A stretch of 64,000 nucleotides of DNA, taken from the NCBI GenBank assembly GCA_964016885.1, contig OZ024750.1, forward strand, positions 18,972,001 through 19,036,000. Direction: 5' to 3'. The translations under genes and the position numbers were made by a program. The stretch is from Eledone cirrhosa (taxonomy: Eukaryota). Each line of letters begins with the position of its first letter. Positions within the stretch are counted from its first letter, which is position 1. The notes beneath the pieces were generated by a model, which saw only the letters and a list, made by a program, of their open reading frames with translations, ran no database searches and was not told the DNA's origin. Positions 58,961 through 64,000 of this stretch are shown here, piece by piece.

Positions 58961-59148
58961 AATTGTTTCTACTTTTTGGCACAAGGCCAGCAATTATCCC
59001 AGTGTATTACTGGTACTTTATTTTATCGACCTCGTAAGGATGAAAAGCAAAGTTAACCTCGGCGGGATTTGAACTCAGATCATAAAGGGCCGTAACTCTA
59101 TGCTCCAAAGCATGGCGTCTGACTCTCTACTGATACTGCCAATCCACC
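58960..59148 (-). mobile_element. SINE S1
   Basis: Matches the S1 consensus. Confidence 0.85.
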
Positions 59149-59389
59149 AATGGGTTTGAGAAAGAACAACAACAACAGCAGCAACAGCAACAACAACAAC
59201 AACAACAACAACATCAACAGCAACAGCAACAATATATTGGTCGTGGGTATGTTGGTTGATGAAAACCAGGAAAATACAGAGTATTAGAATATTAAGGAGA
59301 TAATATTAAAGGAAATACTAATATCTATCCACCCTGCCGTTTCTCAGGACTTCTATACAAACACACACACACACATATATATATGTATG

Positions 59390-59503
<114 letters not shown>

Positions 59504-59657
59504 CATACATATAGATAGCAAACGAGTTGAACCTTAGTTCAACATATTGGATTGGATTTCACTGCAGTTTTTAGCTGCCATTTTCTCTACATTTCTTCCA
59601 TATCAGAAGTATATGTACACACACACACACACACACACACACGCACGCACACACACA

Positions 59658-59701
<44 letters not shown>

Positions 59702-60058
59702 TATGTGTGTATATATATATATACGCATACATATGTACTAATTGACATACATACACACACACACGCATATATGCACATATTTTGCAATCAAAGATTTTAA
59801 ATTCTCTTACGTATCATATCAAACTTTTCTCTAGCGGCTTTCCCATGATGCATCTGTTTGACGTAACCTCTTATATAACATGTCTACGCCATGTTAGTTA
59901 CACAAGGAGTTCACATATCCTCCATTATTACGAACCATTTTGCTTACATGTCCATATTTGGGAAAAAGGTAGAATAAACACACACATATATAGAGGAACA
60001 CATATATGTACACATGCACACACATACATGCATACACACACACGCATATATATGTGTA

Positions 60059-60137
<79 letters not shown>

Positions 60138-60344
60138 GTATATATATGTATATATATATATGTATATATATATATGTATATATATGTATATATATATATA
60201 TACATGTATATATATACATGTATATATATATACATACACACACACATACATATATATGTATATATACATACATACACACACACACACATACATATATATG
60301 TATATATATATATACATACATATATACCCACCACTCACATATAC

Positions 60345-60398
<54 letters not shown>

Positions 60399-60415
60399 GC
60401 ACATATATATATATG

Positions 60416-60453
<38 letters not shown>

Positions 60454-60722
60454 TATATATACATACACATACATTCCCATCTATAAATGCATGTACATAT
60501 TCCTTATAGATACGTTTTTCTTTTCTTTCTTCGTGTCATCTCTACATCTCTACATATCGGTTTCTAAATTTCTCCTCTGTCTCTCTCACATACACACAGG
60601 AGCCCACACACATATATACATGCATCACAAATATAAATATACCCCTCGAGGATCGTATATGTATGTGAACTTATATATATATATATACATACATATATCT
60701 ATCTATCTCTCTCTCTCTCTAT

Positions 60723-60756
<34 letters not shown>

Positions 60757-60766
60757 TACTATATGG

Positions 60767-60859
<93 letters not shown>

Positions 60860-61113
60860 GTGTGTCTCTCTCTCTCGATATATATATATAAACAAATATA
60901 TATATATATATATAAATCATGTATGCATATATAAATCTTATATTCATATATATATATATAAACAAATATTTATATATATATATATATATATATAAAAAAA
61001 TATATATATGTATATTATATATATATATATATATAAATTTATTTGTATATGTATATACATGTATATATATGTTTATATATATGAACATGGATTTATATAT
61101 ATTCACGCACACG

Positions 61114-61181
<68 letters not shown>

Positions 61182-61708
61182 TGCATATATGTGTCCACAT
61201 ATGTATCCACATGTGTGTGCATAATCGTTGTCACCCATGTAAAACATATATATGCTATATGTATACATATTTAGACACACACATACAATGATATGTGTAT
61301 ACTGATAGAACCTTATTCTTCCCAATAGACATACGAAATGCATTAAACTATTTCCTCTAATGCTATTTTCTCCATCCTGAAAAAGCTCTTACATAATAGA
61401 CAACTGGAGACAGGATAGTATATACAGAGTAACGTAGTTGAACAATTGATGGCCTGAAGATAAGGTCAGATAATCTGGAAACGTTGATAGTATGGATTAA
61501 GGCAAGACTTAGTAAAACATGAGAATGAACAACGGAAACAATTTATGCTTTTTAATAAGACATTGTCAAATAAAAACTGCTCCTAGTTATTCTAATGCTT
61601 CAACATATATAATGGCTCTCATGAACGCGCGCGCACTCACACACACACACACACATACACACACACACGCACACACATATATATACATACACACACACAC
61701 ACACACAG

Positions 61709-61745
<37 letters not shown>

Positions 61746-62059
61746 CACACATATATATATACACACACATACACACATGCACACGCATGCACATATTTGT
61801 TTGGAAAGATGTGTGTGCTTATACACACACACATACATACATACACGCATATATATATATTATGTATATACATATATACATATATATATACATATATATA
61901 TATATACACATATATATATATATATATATACATATATATATGTATACATATATATATACATATATATATACATATATATATATATACACATATATATATA
62001 CATATATATATACATACATATATATATATATATGCATACATATATATACATACATACAT

Positions 62060-62135
<76 letters not shown>

Positions 62136-62155
62136 ATATATATATATGTATGTGC

Positions 62156-62207
<52 letters not shown>

Positions 62208-63334
62208 CTGTGTGCGTGCGTATGTGTGTATGTATGTATATTCATACACACATAAGTGTGCATCCATTTTGAAATGCAATTTTCGAGTTTTGCGCAGTTT
62301 CGGTATTTCTCTTTAAAAAATCTTAATCGAACAACTGAATACTCATCATGGAAACCGACTGAGATCCATTTATAACAGACACGAAACCAGCAGAACATTT
62401 GTAAAAGGGTTTAGATTTATTTTTTTTGACAGTGGAAGAGTCCAAACCCCGAGTTACCTGCTGGTTTTCAATGCTTAGAATCCCCTTTCTATGGCAATGA
62501 CATAGTCGAATTCATTATCAATTGGTGGTTTGTCCTTTTATTGTATTTCCCTTTATTTAACTAATTTGAGAATTAACAATGTATGATATGATAAACCTAA
62601 ATCTAGTATCGATTAAGACCCAGTGCCGATCATCTGCGAAACACGTGTTAGGTTCGATAATGAATAAAAATATTTCATACTTATACTTTATTCTCTCATG
62701 TATAACGTTAGTAGGATTATGACTACAAACATATAATATACAGATACGGTGCGAAAGACATTTCTATTGGAATCACCTCGTTTAAGAAGTATCATTGAAT
62801 GGTACCGTGAATGTCACCTACAAAATAACTTACACACACATGCACTCGTACACACGCACACACACACACATACACGTACACACGTACACACTTACACACA
62901 CGTACACACACACACACACACATACACACACACACACACGTGCGGGAGTTAGAAATTATAGAAGATATTGGGGCGTCAAGTATGAAATTTGTAGAAATTA
63001 GTGTTTTTTCTACAAATTTCTACAAATTTTATACTTGATGACTCACTTATACATATAGATGCATAAGTATATATATATGTCTGCATCACGTGTAGACACA
63101 CGTGTGTGCGTGCTTTTGTACGGATAATGCGTGTGTGTGAGTGTGTGTAAGTGTATATACATGTTTTCCAAAAGGATAGTTTTTTTTCATGAGTGACTTC
63201 ACTGGAATTATCACCGCCGGTGATACACTCTCTAGTTTAGCTAACCAACGAAGCAGCAAGTTGTGTCTGAAAACTACTGATTTGTTCAAGAAGGAGAGCA
63301 AGTGAGAGCGAGAGAGCAAGAGAGAGAGAGAGAG

Positions 63335-63387
<53 letters not shown>

Positions 63388-63464
63388 AACAGGGAGAGTG
63401 AGAGAGAGGGGAAAAGAGAGAGGGGAAGAGAGAGAGAGAGAGAGACAGACAGAGAAGAATTGAT

Positions 63465-63795
63465 GCCAGTACTAGACTAGTACTTTATTTATCGAACCTG
63501 GAAGGAAGAAAGTTGACCTTGGCGGTATTCGAACACAGAACGTAAAAAGATCATAATATTTTACTATGGACACATCTTGTCCGATGCTCTTAGAAATAAT
63601 AATAGTTTCTAATTTAAGTAAAAGGCCAGCAATTCTTTTTAACGAGAGGGTAAAGTCGATTATGTCGTCTTCAGTACTTAACTGGTTCTTTATATTAAAG
63701 ACTCTGGAAGGATAAAGAACAGTCTCTGCTGGATTCGAGCCCTAAACGTAAAGAACTCTATCTAAATATTATCGATATATTTTGTCTGACGCTAA
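63465..63795 (-). mobile_element. Two old, degenerate SINE copies
   Basis: TACTTTATTTATCGA..GTTGACCTTGGCGGTATTCGAAC; similar old copies at ~34410-34545, ~38695-38830 and ~56540-56692. Confidence 0.6.
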
Positions 63796-63946
63796 CGAAA
63801 TAAAAATAAAACCAGACAAAGTTGGCAATTTTTGCCAAAGTACTAATTTACGAAGCGTGTTAACAATCTAATTTTAAGCCAGTAATAGATCAGTACACCT
63901 CTCCAACACCTACACCTACACACAAATAGACACACACACATGTACA

Positions 63947-64000
<54 letters not shown>

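Noticed and set aside
61450-62660. HHR-like motifs at ~61453-61486 and ~62638-62655
   Set aside because: The first lacks stem I and the second lacks CTGANGA; too degenerate to call.

Overview
AT-rich, microsatellite-saturated eukaryotic non-coding DNA. The SINE/LINE repertoire resembles that of octopod cephalopods (inference, not verified). No intact host protein-coding gene can be supported, and nearly all ORFs in the supplied track are artefacts of (TA)n, (CA)n, (GA)n, (TATG)n and trinucleotide repeats. The real content is: (1) about 10 unrelated families of 150-450 bp elements inserted in (TA)n arrays. They carry type I hammerhead ribozyme (HHR) cores (CTGANGA-stem II-GAAA-stem III-NUH), often with palindromic stem III loops, are frequently folded into long palindromes, and share a GAGTRCT motif roughly 35-75 nt from their 3' ends. 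They are best read as Penelope-like (PLE) pseudo-LTR or retrozyme-type insertions, including one ~312-nt partial-tandem HHR unit. (2) Three 5'-truncated copies of an RLE-encoding R4/Dong-like LINE, each sitting in (TATG)n. (3) RTE-clade LINE ends, one with three C2H2 fingers, plus an internally deleted non-autonomous RTE family. (4) Many tRNA-derived SINEs, hAT and Tc1/mariner MITEs, and a Helitron-like element. (5) An intron-containing tRNA-Tyr pseudogene in a ~650-bp tandem duplication. All coordinates were read by eye and may be off by a few bases.
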